From Bythopirellula sp. (lineage in GTDB: Bacteria; Planctomycetota; Planctomycetia; Pirellulales; Lacipirellulaceae), in the NCBI GenBank assembly GCA_965216565.1, contig OZ244170.1, positions 4,096,001 through 4,160,000 on the forward strand: a stretch of 64,000 nt of DNA, read 5' to 3'. Below, piece after piece: positions 38,002-48,453 of this stretch. The first letter of the stretch is position 1. The number at the start of each line of letters is the position of its first letter. The notes beneath the pieces are model-generated. The model did not search any database, was not told the DNA's origin, and saw nothing but the letters and a program-made list of their open reading frames with translations. The translations under genes and the position numbers were made by a program.

Positions 38002-40608
38002 TCAGTGTGGGTTTCTCCCCGATGATTCGGCCACTCGCTCTTCGGCCGTATCCTCTTCGAAGGCAACTTTAATCTCCAGGACTCCAACGCACGCATCTTC
38101 TTGCGGCGTCATGAGAACCCGGATGGCATCGCAGTTCAGCTCCGCGGCGGGGTGTACGACGTTGTACTGGTTAACTCGCACTCCGTACTCGTCGGTCACA
38201 TAGAGATCCATCGGAACCCACTCGCCTCCCTTGTGGACTTCCACGGACCAATCGGCCGGGAGTCTTACATCGCTATGGTTGTCGTACCAATAGAGCCCAA
38301 CGCTGCGTAGCGTTTTTTCTTCAGAAAACCGCCCCTCAATCCACTGTTTCTTACCCTTCTGAGGACGACTCGACCACCGTGAATCTTTATTGCCATTGGA
38401 CCATCGCGGCTCTTTCCTGTCGCCTACAGCCGAAATCGTATCCTCGGAAAAAGTGTGCGATGCAGTTACTTTCGAAAACGGACTCTCCTCAGGCAACGAG
38501 GTCGGGTCGAACACAGCCAAAGAGCGATCACGCGGGAACCAGACGTTCATCGAACTCACCCCACGGTTGTTCCATGCATAATAAGGAGTGAGAACAAGCT
38601 CGACCTGCTCCACTTGTCCATCGGCGGATATCGCATTAGCTGGGATTGTTGCTTGAACAAAAGAACCGGCATCAATCGACTTCTCTGAAACAACCGCTGA
38701 TGAAGTATCTGGCGGATTTTCAAAGAAGAATCGTTGTGTGGCTCCGACGTTGTCTACACCTTCGGCACACAATACGAGCGGACCTCGCGTTAGTGCAATA
38801 CGGTTACGGTTGGCCTCGACGGCAGGATGACACTCAGTGACTCGCACAGGCATGGGCAGCCGCAGGTTGACACGGTCGCCGGCTTTCCATTCTCGTTCAA
38901 TGGAAGCAAACCCCATTTCAATATCAGTGTCCACCGCGGTTCCATTCACAGTGATCTGAATCTGTTCTTCTGTGGAGTCCGCATAACGATATAAGTCGCC
39001 TGGCACGAATTGATCTTGTGCCCAGGTTGGGATTCTCAGTAGCAAGCGAAACCTAGATGGCTCTGATGGCCCCAGGACCACGCTTATCTCGCCATCATTG
39101 GGGTAGGTGGTCTGCTGCTTCACAGAAACGTCCGCGCCCTCAAGCTCAACCGTCGTGTCACTTTCGGCATAGAAGGTGACGTACAGGTCGTTTCCATTGT
39201 GGGCGTAGGTCATGCCCGCGACTTGGGGTAACAAGCGAGCGATATTTGAAGGACAACATGCAGTTCCGAACCAAGGGGCTCGGCCGGCTGTGCCGTGGTT
39301 GAACGGATATTTACCATCGGCCTCGAGAGGATTGACATAAAAGAATCGATTGCCTTCTAGATTAACTGCTGCGAGCACGTTATTCAGTAGGGCAACCTCG
39401 GCCACATCGAGATACTTTGCGTCCTTGTGCAGCAAAAACATTCGGTAGTTGAACAGAACATTTCCAACGGCCGCACATGTTTCATTGAACGCATCAGCGT
39501 TGGGCAAAACATAGGCCGGACCGAATCCTTCGATGCCATGTACCGCGCCGAGACCGCCTGTGATGTGCATGCGGGTGTTGGTGATATTGCTCCAAATATG
39601 CCCCAAGGCAGAGCCATAGGCGGGTTGCTCGGTGAGCGTTCCCACGTCGGCCATGGCTGAATAAAGGTATGTCGCGCGGACGGCGTGGCCAACTGCTTCC
39701 TTCTGCTCTGCCACCGGCGCATGTTGCTGTGCATAGGTAGGGGCAAGCACTCCCTCGCCATCGGGAACGTAAGTGACTCCCCTGATTTCCAAGAACTTTC
39801 TCGCCATATCGAGATATAGCTGCTTGCCGGTGACGCGGAATAGTTTCACCAGGGCTAGTTCTATCTCTTGATGCCCTGGTGCCTGATTGATCGGTTTGCC
39901 ATCGTTGAAATCTGGGTCACCTTCAAAAATAACTCGGTTGATGTGCTGAGCACTCTTTTCGGCAACCTTCAGCAATTTGTCCTTGCCGGTAGCTTGAAAA
40001 TAGGCGATCGCAGCTTCGTACATGTGCCCCACGTTGTAGAGCTCGTGGCTGTGCACCACGTACTCGTAGGGGGCGTCGCCCATCATTTGTTTCGAAGTTC
40101 CAACACCTGTTGTATGCGAAGGATAGAGGTAGCCGTTCTCATGCTGGGCCGATTCGATGATTTCTGCGAGTTCATCGAGTTTCGCTTCTAACTCGGGGTC
40201 TTGTCGCAATTGCAGTAAGTACGCCGCGCCTTCCATAACTTTGTAGAGGTCTGAATCTATAAACCGGTGCGGCCTATGCCCTTCCACTTTTTTCCCCGCC
40301 AAGTAATCACGGGCAGCCTTCAGGTGGTCGACCCCTGGCTGAGTTCGCTCAAACGCAAAGGGGACCAGCACCTCGCGCTGCGTTACCAGTCGAGGCCTCC
40401 AGAAGTCGCTGGACATGTTCACTTCGTTAAAGGGAACTGGCTTAAGAGGGTAATCAGATGTTATGCGATCTGATTGACGGTTATCACCGCCCTTCCCTTC
40501 CGCCCCTTCCACACAGTTCATGGCAACGACAAGAAAAGTCACCAAACAAAAGCCCGCGCCGAGCCAGAGCTTTGCTTGCAAAAAATTGGGTTGGACCGAC
40601 TTTTTCAT
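38002..40608 (-). CDS. GH127 beta-L-arabinofuranosidase (HypBA1-like) with C-terminal F5/8-type-like domain
   Basis: DSDLYK, HELY, GHQEIE, GHAVRA, NETC, FFYVNPL, ACCPSN, PYYAWNNRG. Confidence 0.92.
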   Translation of the reverse strand: MKKSVQPNFLQAKLWLGAGFCLVTFLVVAMNCVEGAEGKGGDNRQSDRITSDYPLKPVPFNEVNMSSDFWRPRLVTQREVLVPFAFERTQPGVDHLKAARDYLAGKKVEGHRPHRFIDSDLYKVMEGAAYLLQLRQDPELEAKLDELAEIIESAQHENGYLYPSHTTGVGTSKQMMGDAPYEYVVHSHELYNVGHMYEAAIAYFQATGKDKLLKVAEKSAQHINRVIFEGDPDFNDGKPINQAPGHQEIELALVKLFRVTGKQLYLDMARKFLEIRGVTYVPDGEGVLAPTYAQQHAPVAEQKEAVGHAVRATYLYSAMADVGTLTEQPAYGSALGHIWSNITNTRMHITGGLGAVHGIEGFGPAYVLPNADAFNETCAAVGNVLFNYRMFLLHKDAKYLDVAEVALLNNVLAAVNLEGNRFFYVNPLEADGKYPFNHGTAGRAPWFGTACCPSNIARLLPQVAGMTYAHNGNDLYVTFYAESDTTVELEGADVSVKQQTTYPNDGEISVVLGPSEPSRFRLLLRIPTWAQDQFVPGDLYRYADSTEEQIQITVNGTAVDTDIEMGFASIEREWKAGDRVNLRLPMPVRVTECHPAVEANRNRIALTRGPLVLCAEGVDNVGATQRFFFENPPDTSSAVVSEKSIDAGSFVQATIPANAISADGQVEQVELVLTPYYAWNNRGVSSMNVWFPRDRSLAVFDPTSLPEESPFSKVTASHTFSEDTISAVGDRKEPRWSNGNKDSRWSSRPQKGKKQWIEGRFSEEKTLRSVGLYWYDNHSDVRLPADWSVEVHKGGEWVPMDLYVTDEYGVRVNQYNVVHPAAELNCDAIRVLMTPQEDACVGVLEIKVAFEEDTAEERVAESSGRNPH

Positions 40609-40643
40609 AAAAATTTCCGCTTCACTACTGAGAACAACGAGTA

Positions 40644-41213
40644 CTACTTAATCTCAAATTCCATTCTGCTCACATCAGCAACATCGTCGGCGAATTCTGC
40701 GCCGAATGTTTTGGTCCCGTTCGGTCCTGAAAGCTCAACCTTATAAAGTCCCAAAGGTAGCCCCAGCAAATCGGGATCATCACTCTCGGGCACTACCGAT
40801 CCTCCGGGATTGGTGATCCCTTTGAAGACGGGTAGCCCCTCGCCCATGAAGCTCTCTAATTCAACCGCCACCTCAGCACCAACGACTGGTCTTTTCTTCC
40901 GCATAAATTGCAACTCTGTGATGACGTACTTCGACATCGACTTGTATTCAGTCAGTCGGTTTTTAATCTCTTCCGCAGTTAGGCTGCCGTCCCCGTCAGT
41001 ATCGATGTTTCCCAGTGCTGTTTTCAAAGCCGGGCTAGCTTTCAATTCTGCCCCGGCGATCTTTCCGTCTTGGTCGGTGTCGTACTTGCTCATCGCTAAT
41101 TCAGCAGACTTCGTCGGCTCGTAAGTCTGTGGCACCACAGGGCCCGAACATCCTTGGAATGCGAAGAAGCCGATTGACAAAATCGGTAAACAGTAACCCC
41201 GCTTTAAATTCAT
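40644..41213 (-). CDS. EF-hand lipoprotein associated with DUF1559 gene
   Basis: Lipobox FQGC; DTDQDGKI and DTDGDGSL EF-hand loops. Confidence 0.8.
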   Translation of the reverse strand: MNLKRGYCLPILSIGFFAFQGCSGPVVPQTYEPTKSAELAMSKYDTDQDGKIAGAELKASPALKTALGNIDTDGDGSLTAEEIKNRLTEYKSMSKYVITELQFMRKKRPVVGAEVAVELESFMGEGLPVFKGITNPGGSVVPESDDPDLLGLPLGLYKVELSGPNGTKTFGAEFADDVADVSRMEFEIK

Positions 41214-41357
41214 TCGGTAGAACCTTGCGAATCCATTTTTGTGTTGCTGACCTTTTGTCTTGAGAGGAGAAAACGATAATTACGGAAAAGTGTGCTGTAT
41301 TGAATACGATCCTAGTGAGTTTCTTTCCAACAAAATGAAGTACTATCGGCTCAAGGA

Positions 41358-42455
41358 TTAGGGAGCTATGCCAAGGGCGATTTCCCCCTGACATTGGCCA
41401 CCGCCGTCGTTCCGCGCTCCCAAACGTTCCCATTCATCTGGATCAATATCGTAGGAATACGCCTTCACCGATCCGTCGCACATACAGCCCAAATACACAC
41501 TGGGATGAGAGGAGCCAAATCGATATGTGGCTGCCTCGCGAGGTCCTTCCGTATCGGGCCGAGGCATGCCGATCATGTCGCCCCTGAAATCTACAAACCC
41601 GCTGGACCATCGTGTCGTGTCCCAATCGTACCCCTGGTACATCGAGTTGTTGTCTGAGGGAAGATTTCCTCCATGCTGCGAGTCATGGTAATCGACATGC
41701 AGGGAACGCTCGCCAATCAGCAACGTGTTTGACGTACCATCTGTAATCTCTTGCAATTTGACGCCAAACCTGGGCACGAACGCGCCGTCAAACTTGTCTG
41801 ATTGCTCTCTATCAAAGAGACCACCGCAAAATAGATCAAGTGGATAGAATTCCGCGCAGCGAAGCTGGGGACCAGCTGGGCGCCCTTGACGATCGACAGT
41901 TGTTATTTGAGGAATCCCGCAACCGCCACTAGCGGCGTAGTCTGTCTTTGCCACCAGGCTATCGGGCACATCATCGGCGTTAACCGAGTCTTCTGGACCA
42001 TAACCAAGTTCCGGCGCTCTTCGGCTGGGACAATAGAACATGGGGACGGGAGTCTGCTTCTGTCTCAGCAAAGCTGCACTCTTGTCAGCGGCGCTTAGAC
42101 CCGAACCAATCGTTGCGACGGCACCCTGCTCAAGATAATAGAGCAAGGAGAACGTCCAGCCCCCGGGCTGCTTTTCTCCGAAACCCATGTCCGGGTCACC
42201 TGTCCAGCGATGGCCCCAGCCGCTAGAGGGGAGATAGCCAAGAGCGGATTCATGATTCAAGCACCCCAGACCCATCTGCTTGAGGTTGTTCGTGCATTGG
42301 ACCCGACGAGCTGCTTCTCGCGCTGCCTGAACAGCTGGCAACAACAGCGCCACAAGGATTCCGATGATCGCAATCACGACTAGCAGTTCCACTAGGGTGA
42401 AACCCTTGAGTCTTCGCGAATATGTTCTTTGGAAATATTTCATGTTCTTATTCAC
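41358..42455 (-). CDS. DUF1559 prepilin-type protein
   Basis: [39 protein letters not shown]; start 42455 or 42443. Confidence 0.92.
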   Translation of the reverse strand: MNKNMKYFQRTYSRRLKGFTLVELLVVIAIIGILVALLLPAVQAAREAARRVQCTNNLKQMGLGCLNHESALGYLPSSGWGHRWTGDPDMGFGEKQPGGWTFSLLYYLEQGAVATIGSGLSAADKSAALLRQKQTPVPMFYCPSRRAPELGYGPEDSVNADDVPDSLVAKTDYAASGGCGIPQITTVDRQGRPAGPQLRCAEFYPLDLFCGGLFDREQSDKFDGAFVPRFGVKLQEITDGTSNTLLIGERSLHVDYHDSQHGGNLPSDNNSMYQGYDWDTTRWSSGFVDFRGDMIGMPRPDTEGPREAATYRFGSSHPSVYLGCMCDGSVKAYSYDIDPDEWERLGARNDGGGQCQGEIALGIAP

Positions 42456-42481
42456 CTAAGAGTTCTAAACCTAGAGCCTTT

Positions 42482-43819
42482 CTACTGTTTTCGCCCTCGT
42501 CGGCTACTCGCCGCTGCCCCAGCAAGGGCGAGTAGCCAAAGTGAGGCTGGCTCCGGAACAGTCGAAGCCGCTGCGAGAGGAGCGCCAGAGTCAATTCCAA
42601 CTCCGTATTCAATTTGAAATTCCAGGAAGTCGAGACCTGTGACAAAACCGTCGTTATCAGCATCGCCATCCGCCTTCGTAGCTCCGGGTCCAAGCCCGTA
42701 ATTCGCTTCCCAGGTCGCAAGATCATCACCATCAACATCGCAATCGCTGTCGAAGTCGGCATCGAGTGCACAAATCTTGAGAACTCCTTCTGCCTGATTC
42801 AGATAGATCGTTGGTTCGTCGGTACCGTTATCGGCCGTGAGTTCGCCAGCATCGATGTAGCTTTGATATCGGGCTACCTCGCTGACATCGGGATCGGGCA
42901 AAAGTGCGCTCAAATGACCGTAAATATTAATAATCGCGTTGTCTCGAATATCAAGGCTGACATTGCCTGAGGAAGGGACGGCCTGACCATTCAGAAACCA
43001 ATCGCGATTGAAGGACAAGTGGCCCCCATTGCTGGGATCACCAGCCACGTTGGCCGCGATGTTGATCACGGCATCGCCACTTAGCTCCGCGCTACCATTG
43101 CCCTTGAGTTGTCCCAAATTCATCCAGCGAGCGTTGATGGTGCCGCCGCTCATGATGAGCTCGCCATTGAGCGGGGCAGAGTCAGTAGGATCTTGCAACG
43201 AATGATCCACGAACTGTTCGGGGATCAACAGGCCGTTGGTGTTAATCACGCCGCCGGACATTTGTACCGTGGCCAGAGGATTAGGATGCACGGGACCGCC
43301 ATTGAAGCCGGGATAGCCACGACCTACTTGTAAATGAAATCCCACTGCATTGGCATTGGCGGGAGCGTTCGGATCGATTCCGATGTCCAACCGACCCCCC
43401 GTCACTAGGAGCGTATTGATAGCCCCGCCGTCGCCTACGCGTACACCGTACGATTTAGCGTGTACGGAAGAGTCGATCAATGTCGTAGTTCCGTCGGTGT
43501 TGAAAAAGTTATCGTTATTGCGATTCGGGCCATCATCGAAATTTGGATCTGTTAGCGGATAACATCCGAAGGGAGGCAAGCAGAAATTAGGATCATCCCA
43601 GCCGCCGTTGGGGAAGGTGAACGAGTTAATCGGTACGATGCCAAATGACCAGTTATTCGGATCGTCCCAAGAATTTGTCGCCCCATTACCGGTGAAGTTG
43701 TTCGGCGGCTGCCCAAGCGCGCTAAGAGCAGACACTTGAACAATTCCAACAACTATCACGGCTGTTGAGATTCTTGCGATGCACTTCTTGGTGTTGGATA
43801 TCAACTGGGAGTTCCTCAT
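42482..43819 (-). CDS. PEP-CTERM protein with dockerin-like domain (array B, copy 1)
   Basis: ATGA overlap with upstream stop at 43816-43819, AGGAG RBS; DFDSDCDVDGDDL; VPEPAS-TM-RR. Confidence 0.88.
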   Translation of the reverse strand: MRNSQLISNTKKCIARISTAVIVVGIVQVSALSALGQPPNNFTGNGATNSWDDPNNWSFGIVPINSFTFPNGGWDDPNFCLPPFGCYPLTDPNFDDGPNRNNDNFFNTDGTTTLIDSSVHAKSYGVRVGDGGAINTLLVTGGRLDIGIDPNAPANANAVGFHLQVGRGYPGFNGGPVHPNPLATVQMSGGVINTNGLLIPEQFVDHSLQDPTDSAPLNGELIMSGGTINARWMNLGQLKGNGSAELSGDAVINIAANVAGDPSNGGHLSFNRDWFLNGQAVPSSGNVSLDIRDNAIINIYGHLSALLPDPDVSEVARYQSYIDAGELTADNGTDEPTIYLNQAEGVLKICALDADFDSDCDVDGDDLATWEANYGLGPGATKADGDADNDGFVTGLDFLEFQIEYGVGIDSGAPLAAASTVPEPASLWLLALAGAAASSRRGRKQ

Positions 43820-45138
43820 GTTTCTCCTAGAAAACGACAACGAAGGCTGCTCGTCGCGACTGCGACCGAGGCGAGGAGACAGATCGATGCTGGTTCCGGA
43901 ATCGTGGCAGCCGCAAGAGGGGGAATCGTTGAGTCGACCCCTACGCCAAACTCAATCTGCCACTCGAGGAAGTCGAGACCATTCACAACACCATCGTTGT
44001 TGGCGTCTCCATCAGTTTTAAGTGCCCCGCTACCCAACCCGTAGCCTGTTTCCCACGTCGCCAAGTCATCGCCATCGACATCGCAGTCGCTGTCAAAATC
44101 TGCATCTAAAGCACAGATCTTGATTACCGAGGAACCATCGAAATAGATCGTCGGTACATCGGTGCCGTTGTCTGCTGTGAGTTCTCCTATGTCGATATAG
44201 CTCTGATAACGATCGACTTCGCTTTGGTCGGGAACGGTTTTAAGCTCGTTCATGTGCCCTGTAATTGTGAAGATAGCATTCTCACTAATATCGATATGGG
44301 CATCGCCAATAGCATCGACGGGTTGACTGTTGATGAACCAGTCTTGACGCATCTCCAAGAAACCACCGTTGCCGGGATCTCCGGGAACGTTGGAAAAGAT
44401 ATTAATCACTGCGTCGCCACTAAAAACTGCGTTGCCGTGGCCTACAAACTGGCCAACGTTTATCTTGCGCGTGTTCAGCGTCCCGCCAGTCATTATGAAT
44501 TCGCCAGATATCGGCTCTGTATTGTAGTTATTGTTTGGATCTGGTTGGGGATCGACAGACTCGTCGACGAATTGCTCGGGAATTTTAACGAGCCCAGTGT
44601 TCACAAGGCCCCCCGACATAATCACTGTCGCTTTCGGATTGGGTGTCGCGATCGGATTTTTGTTGAATCCTCGACCGACGTCCAAAAACCATCCCACCTG
44701 GTTCGCATTGGCTGGGGCATTTGGATCGATTCCGATGTCCAACTGACCGCCAGTAATCAACAACGTGTTGGAAGCACCGTCTAAACCAACCCGCACACCA
44801 TAGGCCTTGGCGTGGACCGAAGAATCGATCACTGTCGTCGTGCCCTCGGTGTTGAACATGGCATTGTTATTGCCATTCGGTCCATCATCAAAATTTGGAT
44901 CTGTTAGCGGATAACATCCAAAGGGTGGCAGGCAGAAATTTGGATCGTCCCAGCCGCCCTGTGGATTGGTGAAGGAGTTGATCGGTGCGATGCCATAGTG
45001 CCAGTTATTAGGGTCGTCCCAAGAAGTCGTCGCTCCACCGCCGGTGAAGAAATTGGGTGTTTGCCCGGGAGCGTTCTGCTGCATTAAGAAAACGGTCCCA
45101 ATTACCAGCACAGAAACTTTGAGCATCAAAGGTTTCAT
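43816..45138 (-). CDS. PEP-CTERM protein with dockerin-like domain (array B, copy 2)
   Basis: Likely start MKPLML at 45138; full-length paralogue of neighbours; IPEPAS tail. Confidence 0.88.
   Translation of the reverse strand: MKPLMLKVSVLVIGTVFLMQQNAPGQTPNFFTGGGATTSWDDPNNWHYGIAPINSFTNPQGGWDDPNFCLPPFGCYPLTDPNFDDGPNGNNNAMFNTEGTTTVIDSSVHAKAYGVRVGLDGASNTLLITGGQLDIGIDPNAPANANQVGWFLDVGRGFNKNPIATPNPKATVIMSGGLVNTGLVKIPEQFVDESVDPQPDPNNNYNTEPISGEFIMTGGTLNTRKINVGQFVGHGNAVFSGDAVINIFSNVPGDPGNGGFLEMRQDWFINSQPVDAIGDAHIDISENAIFTITGHMNELKTVPDQSEVDRYQSYIDIGELTADNGTDVPTIYFDGSSVIKICALDADFDSDCDVDGDDLATWETGYGLGSGALKTDGDANNDGVVNGLDFLEWQIEFGVGVDSTIPPLAAATIPEPASICLLASVAVATSSLRCRFLGET
44786..44961. repeat. 176-bp near-identical segment shared with 46188-46363
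   Basis: Manual alignment: 175/176 identical, single A/G difference at 44890/46292. Confidence 0.9.
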
Positions 45139-45238
45139 GATCTGGCGAACCTTCCTATCTGAGCCGACAGTGCCGTTCTCCTGAGTTTGCTTACAGCTCT
45201 CCATGCTCAAGGACCCTTTCAATACGGCATTGGCTGGC

Positions 45239-46552
45239 TTATCGGCGTCGGCGTAAGCCTAAGGCCGCACTCATTCCAGCGAACAACAACAGCGAGCCTG
45301 GCTCTGGAACCGTGGAAGCTCCCACAAGCGGGGCTCCCGAGTCGACTCCTACGCCATACTCGATCTGCCATTCCAGGAAGTCGAGTCCAGTAATGAAACC
45401 GTCGTTATCGGAGTCTCCGTCGGCCTTAGTCGCTCCCGGCCCGAGGCCGTAATTGGATTGCCAAGTGGCGAGATCGTCGCCATCGACATCGCAGTCACCA
45501 TCGAAGTCGGCGTCCAAAGCGCAGATTTTGATCACTGAACTACCATCGAAGTAAATCGTTGGATCGTCCGTGTCGTTGTCGGCTGTTAGCCAACCATTGC
45601 TCACATAACTTTCGTAACGGGTTACATCTGCGGCCAGCGGCACAGAGGAGAATTCATTCAGGCTGCCAAAGATGTTGATGATCGCGTTGTCGGTGATATC
45701 CAAACTCGGTGTCCCTGTAGCCTGTACTGGCTGACCATTGATGAACCAGTCGCGGTTCATAATCAGATGCCCGCCATTGCCAGGGTCGCCGGCGACATTT
45801 CCTTCAAGATTGATAACAGCCGTACCGCTAATCTCCGCATTGCCGTCGGCGACAAATTGACCGACATTCATCCAGCGAGCATTCATCGTGCCGCCGGACA
45901 TGAGGAATTCGCCATAGATCGGCGCCGTGTTGTAGTTGTTGTTGGGGTCCGGTGCCGGATCAACACTTTCATCAACAAACTGCTCGGGGATCAGCAGACC
46001 GTTCGTTCGAACTTTCCCCCCGGTCATGATCACCGTTGCCTTAGGATTAGGATTTCCGCTCTGGTTAAATCCTCTACCAACGTCCAAGTGCCAACCTACG
46101 GCATTGGCGTCATCAGGCTCGTTCGGATCGATACCTACGTCCAGCTTGCCGCCAGTGATCATGAGCGTATTAGAGGCGCCGTCCAGGCCAACCCGCACAC
46201 CATAGGCCTTGGCGTGGACCGAAGAATCGATCACTGTCGTCGTGCCCTCGGTGTTGAACATGGCATTGTTATTGCCATTCGGTCCATCATCGAAATTTGG
46301 ATCTGTTAGCGGATAACATCCAAAGGGTGGCAGGCAGAAATTTGGATCGTCCCAGCCGCCCTGAGGATCGGTGAACGAGTTGATCGGTGCAATGCCATAG
46401 TGCCAGTTAGTGCCATTGCTATTGGGGTCGTCCCATAAATTTGTCGAACCCCCTCCGAGCCAGAAATTAGGACTTTGCCCCAATGCATCGAAGGGCAATA
46501 GAAAGAAACTGGCTAGCAATACAAATGCACAAACTGAAACGATTGACTTCAT
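45239..46552 (-). CDS. PEP-CTERM protein with dockerin-like domain (array B, copy 3)
   Basis: AAGGAG RBS, signal peptide, VPEPGS-TM-RRRR. Confidence 0.9.
   Translation of the reverse strand: MKSIVSVCAFVLLASFFLLPFDALGQSPNFWLGGGSTNLWDDPNSNGTNWHYGIAPINSFTDPQGGWDDPNFCLPPFGCYPLTDPNFDDGPNGNNNAMFNTEGTTTVIDSSVHAKAYGVRVGLDGASNTLMITGGKLDVGIDPNEPDDANAVGWHLDVGRGFNQSGNPNPKATVIMTGGKVRTNGLLIPEQFVDESVDPAPDPNNNYNTAPIYGEFLMSGGTMNARWMNVGQFVADGNAEISGTAVINLEGNVAGDPGNGGHLIMNRDWFINGQPVQATGTPSLDITDNAIINIFGSLNEFSSVPLAADVTRYESYVSNGWLTADNDTDDPTIYFDGSSVIKICALDADFDGDCDVDGDDLATWQSNYGLGPGATKADGDSDNDGFITGLDFLEWQIEYGVGVDSGAPLVGASTVPEPGSLLLFAGMSAALGLRRRR
46188..46363. repeat. 176-bp near-identical segment shared with 44786-44961
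   Basis: Manual alignment as above. Confidence 0.9.
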
Positions 46553-46828
46553 GACTTAAACTCCTTAGCTAAAAGTCTCACGTGAAATCTTCGAGGCGGA
46601 AAACCAAACAGGCTCTAGATAGAGGCCCGCACAGAGTGGTCAACGGGGTGAGCGTGCCCCGTGCACCATGAGCGTTATTCCCCAAAAGACGATGATGAGA
46701 CTCCAATCGCATTGGCCATCTCGCTCTTCCATAAACTCCATTACCACCTATTGGTTGTGAGCCCTCCTCGAACTCCTTCGTCAAGATCTATGGAGGAGGC
46801 CCCAAGACCGAGAGAAGAGGTTAGAGGA

Positions 46829-46857
46829 GGGGTCCTCGGATCGAATCCGAGGACCCC
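46829..46857 (-). terminator. Strong stem-loop 3' of PEP-CTERM gene 46884-47954 (partial terminator or mRNA-stabilising hairpin)
   Basis: Perfect 13-bp inverted repeat GGGGTCCTCGGAT-cga-ATCCGAGGACCCC; followed by a C/T-rich tract rather than poly-T on the minus strand. Confidence 0.6.
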
Positions 46858-46883
46858 AACCGATCAATCTAAAAACTAAATTC

Positions 46884-47954
46884 CTAGGATACTACTTCTT
46901 CCTTGCGACGAAGTATTAGCCAGGAACCGGCGGCCATCATCACTAGACCCATAGTTGTTGGCTCTGGGACGGTAGCAAAAAGTGCATATCCTGTTGGCAC
47001 GGTAGCGCCTGTTGGTGAACCCGTGTTAGGATCGAAAACCGGTGACGTTCCTGTTGGAACAAACTCGTGATGAAGAGTGAAACCACTACCAGCGGCAATC
47101 CAGCCGTTAGATACGTAGTTATCGACGAAGTAGTCGTACTCTTCCTCGGTCAAGTTCACGTCACGCTGGCCATTGCCGTTTCCATCAGTCCACCACTCAC
47201 CAAATACGCGTAGCTGAGCGTTGTCGCTGATTTCCAGCAGTGAAGTACCGCCTGTGTTGTTGGGGTCTTCGAAAGCCTCGATCCACAGAACACCAGGAGA
47301 GAAACCGTTGTTGTCATCATTGAGTCGCACAAGGGCGTTGCCGCTAAGTGTGACTGTAGAGTTGGCGTCTTGGGCACCAAGGCGCAACAGGTCGGTGTTG
47401 ATCTTACTATTACCACTAACGTGCATTTCTGCATTGATACCTACGCTACCCGCTGGTGGGCCAAACGCTTCGGGAACCGTCAGAATGGACGCATTAACTG
47501 TACCACCCGACATGTTGAACTGAACAAGGTGATTGGGGTCGTTGTTCGTACCCCGGCCTACGTTAAAACCAAATCCACCTTGGTTCGTTATGGAACCACC
47601 GGTCATATTCAACGTGTTGCTTGCAGATTGATTGTTAAACGGCGACGGCAAGGCTGGATCAAGAGGGTGACCAAGCTGGAGACCAAAGGTAGTGGCGTTG
47701 ACCGACGAATCGACCAGGGTGACAGTGCCGTTCTTGGTGAATCGTGCGACGTTGAGGTCATCCATTGCGTTGGGATCAATATGCCGCTCCGTGGCACTCT
47801 GGGGAACCATACCCGAGTCCCAGTTCGATGGTTCATCCCAGTGGTTCAGCGGTACGCCATTGCCACCCAGCCATTGATTGTCAGCAGATGCCAAGTTGGC
47901 CAGGCAAACTGGCAAAACTACAGCAAAGGCGAGCGATAGAAGTCGAAATTTCAT
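46884..47954 (-). CDS. PEP-CTERM protein, distant relative of array B, no dockerin-like domain
   Basis: GGAGG RBS, MKFRLL start; shares WD.P.NW, DSSV.A, VGRG, MSGG, PE.F with array B; VPEPTT-TM-RRK. Confidence 0.88.
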   Translation of the reverse strand: MKFRLLSLAFAVVLPVCLANLASADNQWLGGNGVPLNHWDEPSNWDSGMVPQSATERHIDPNAMDDLNVARFTKNGTVTLVDSSVNATTFGLQLGHPLDPALPSPFNNQSASNTLNMTGGSITNQGGFGFNVGRGTNNDPNHLVQFNMSGGTVNASILTVPEAFGPPAGSVGINAEMHVSGNSKINTDLLRLGAQDANSTVTLSGNALVRLNDDNNGFSPGVLWIEAFEDPNNTGGTSLLEISDNAQLRVFGEWWTDGNGNGQRDVNLTEEEYDYFVDNYVSNGWIAAGSGFTLHHEFVPTGTSPVFDPNTGSPTGATVPTGYALFATVPEPTTMGLVMMAAGSWLILRRKEEVVS

Positions 47955-48453
47955 TAGTGCTTTCCCTCCAAAAAACTCAAGCGAAAAGAGACCTAAGAAC
48001 ACCCCCACCATCAAGAGGGGGGACACGAAAAGAAACTATCTCCTCGATTAGATAACCTTCCTAGGTCGGAAACAATCCAATTACTAAACGCAACAAGGTT
48101 TAGTACCGGAAATTGCATGAGAATTTCGTTAGAAGTGCAAAATTACTGTGGCCCGCTCGTCCTAAATCCCTACCATTAAAAGGGTAATGGAGCTGAAGCC
48201 TCCAAAAAAAAGCGCACTGATTAGCCTCCTAATTGAGGGGATACTCACTCTCATTCAGAATCCGTTCCTGGGCTAGAGGATCAGAAAGGAAGAATCTCGC
48301 GAATTCCTTGACTATTTACCTCCAATTCGTCCCTAAGTTGGTTGTTGCTTCTTGTGGCAGGTGTTCTCAGGCGACCTATTTATGGATCTGGGCGATCTGT
48401 ACGCAGTTTATGGGAATAAATCACGCTTGGGCTTCAAGTGACAGGCTGAGGGG

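Noticed and set aside
44786..46363. 176-bp repeat pair as DGR template/variable repeats
   Set aside because: No reverse transcriptase in window, only one mismatch, both copies inside N-terminal coding regions
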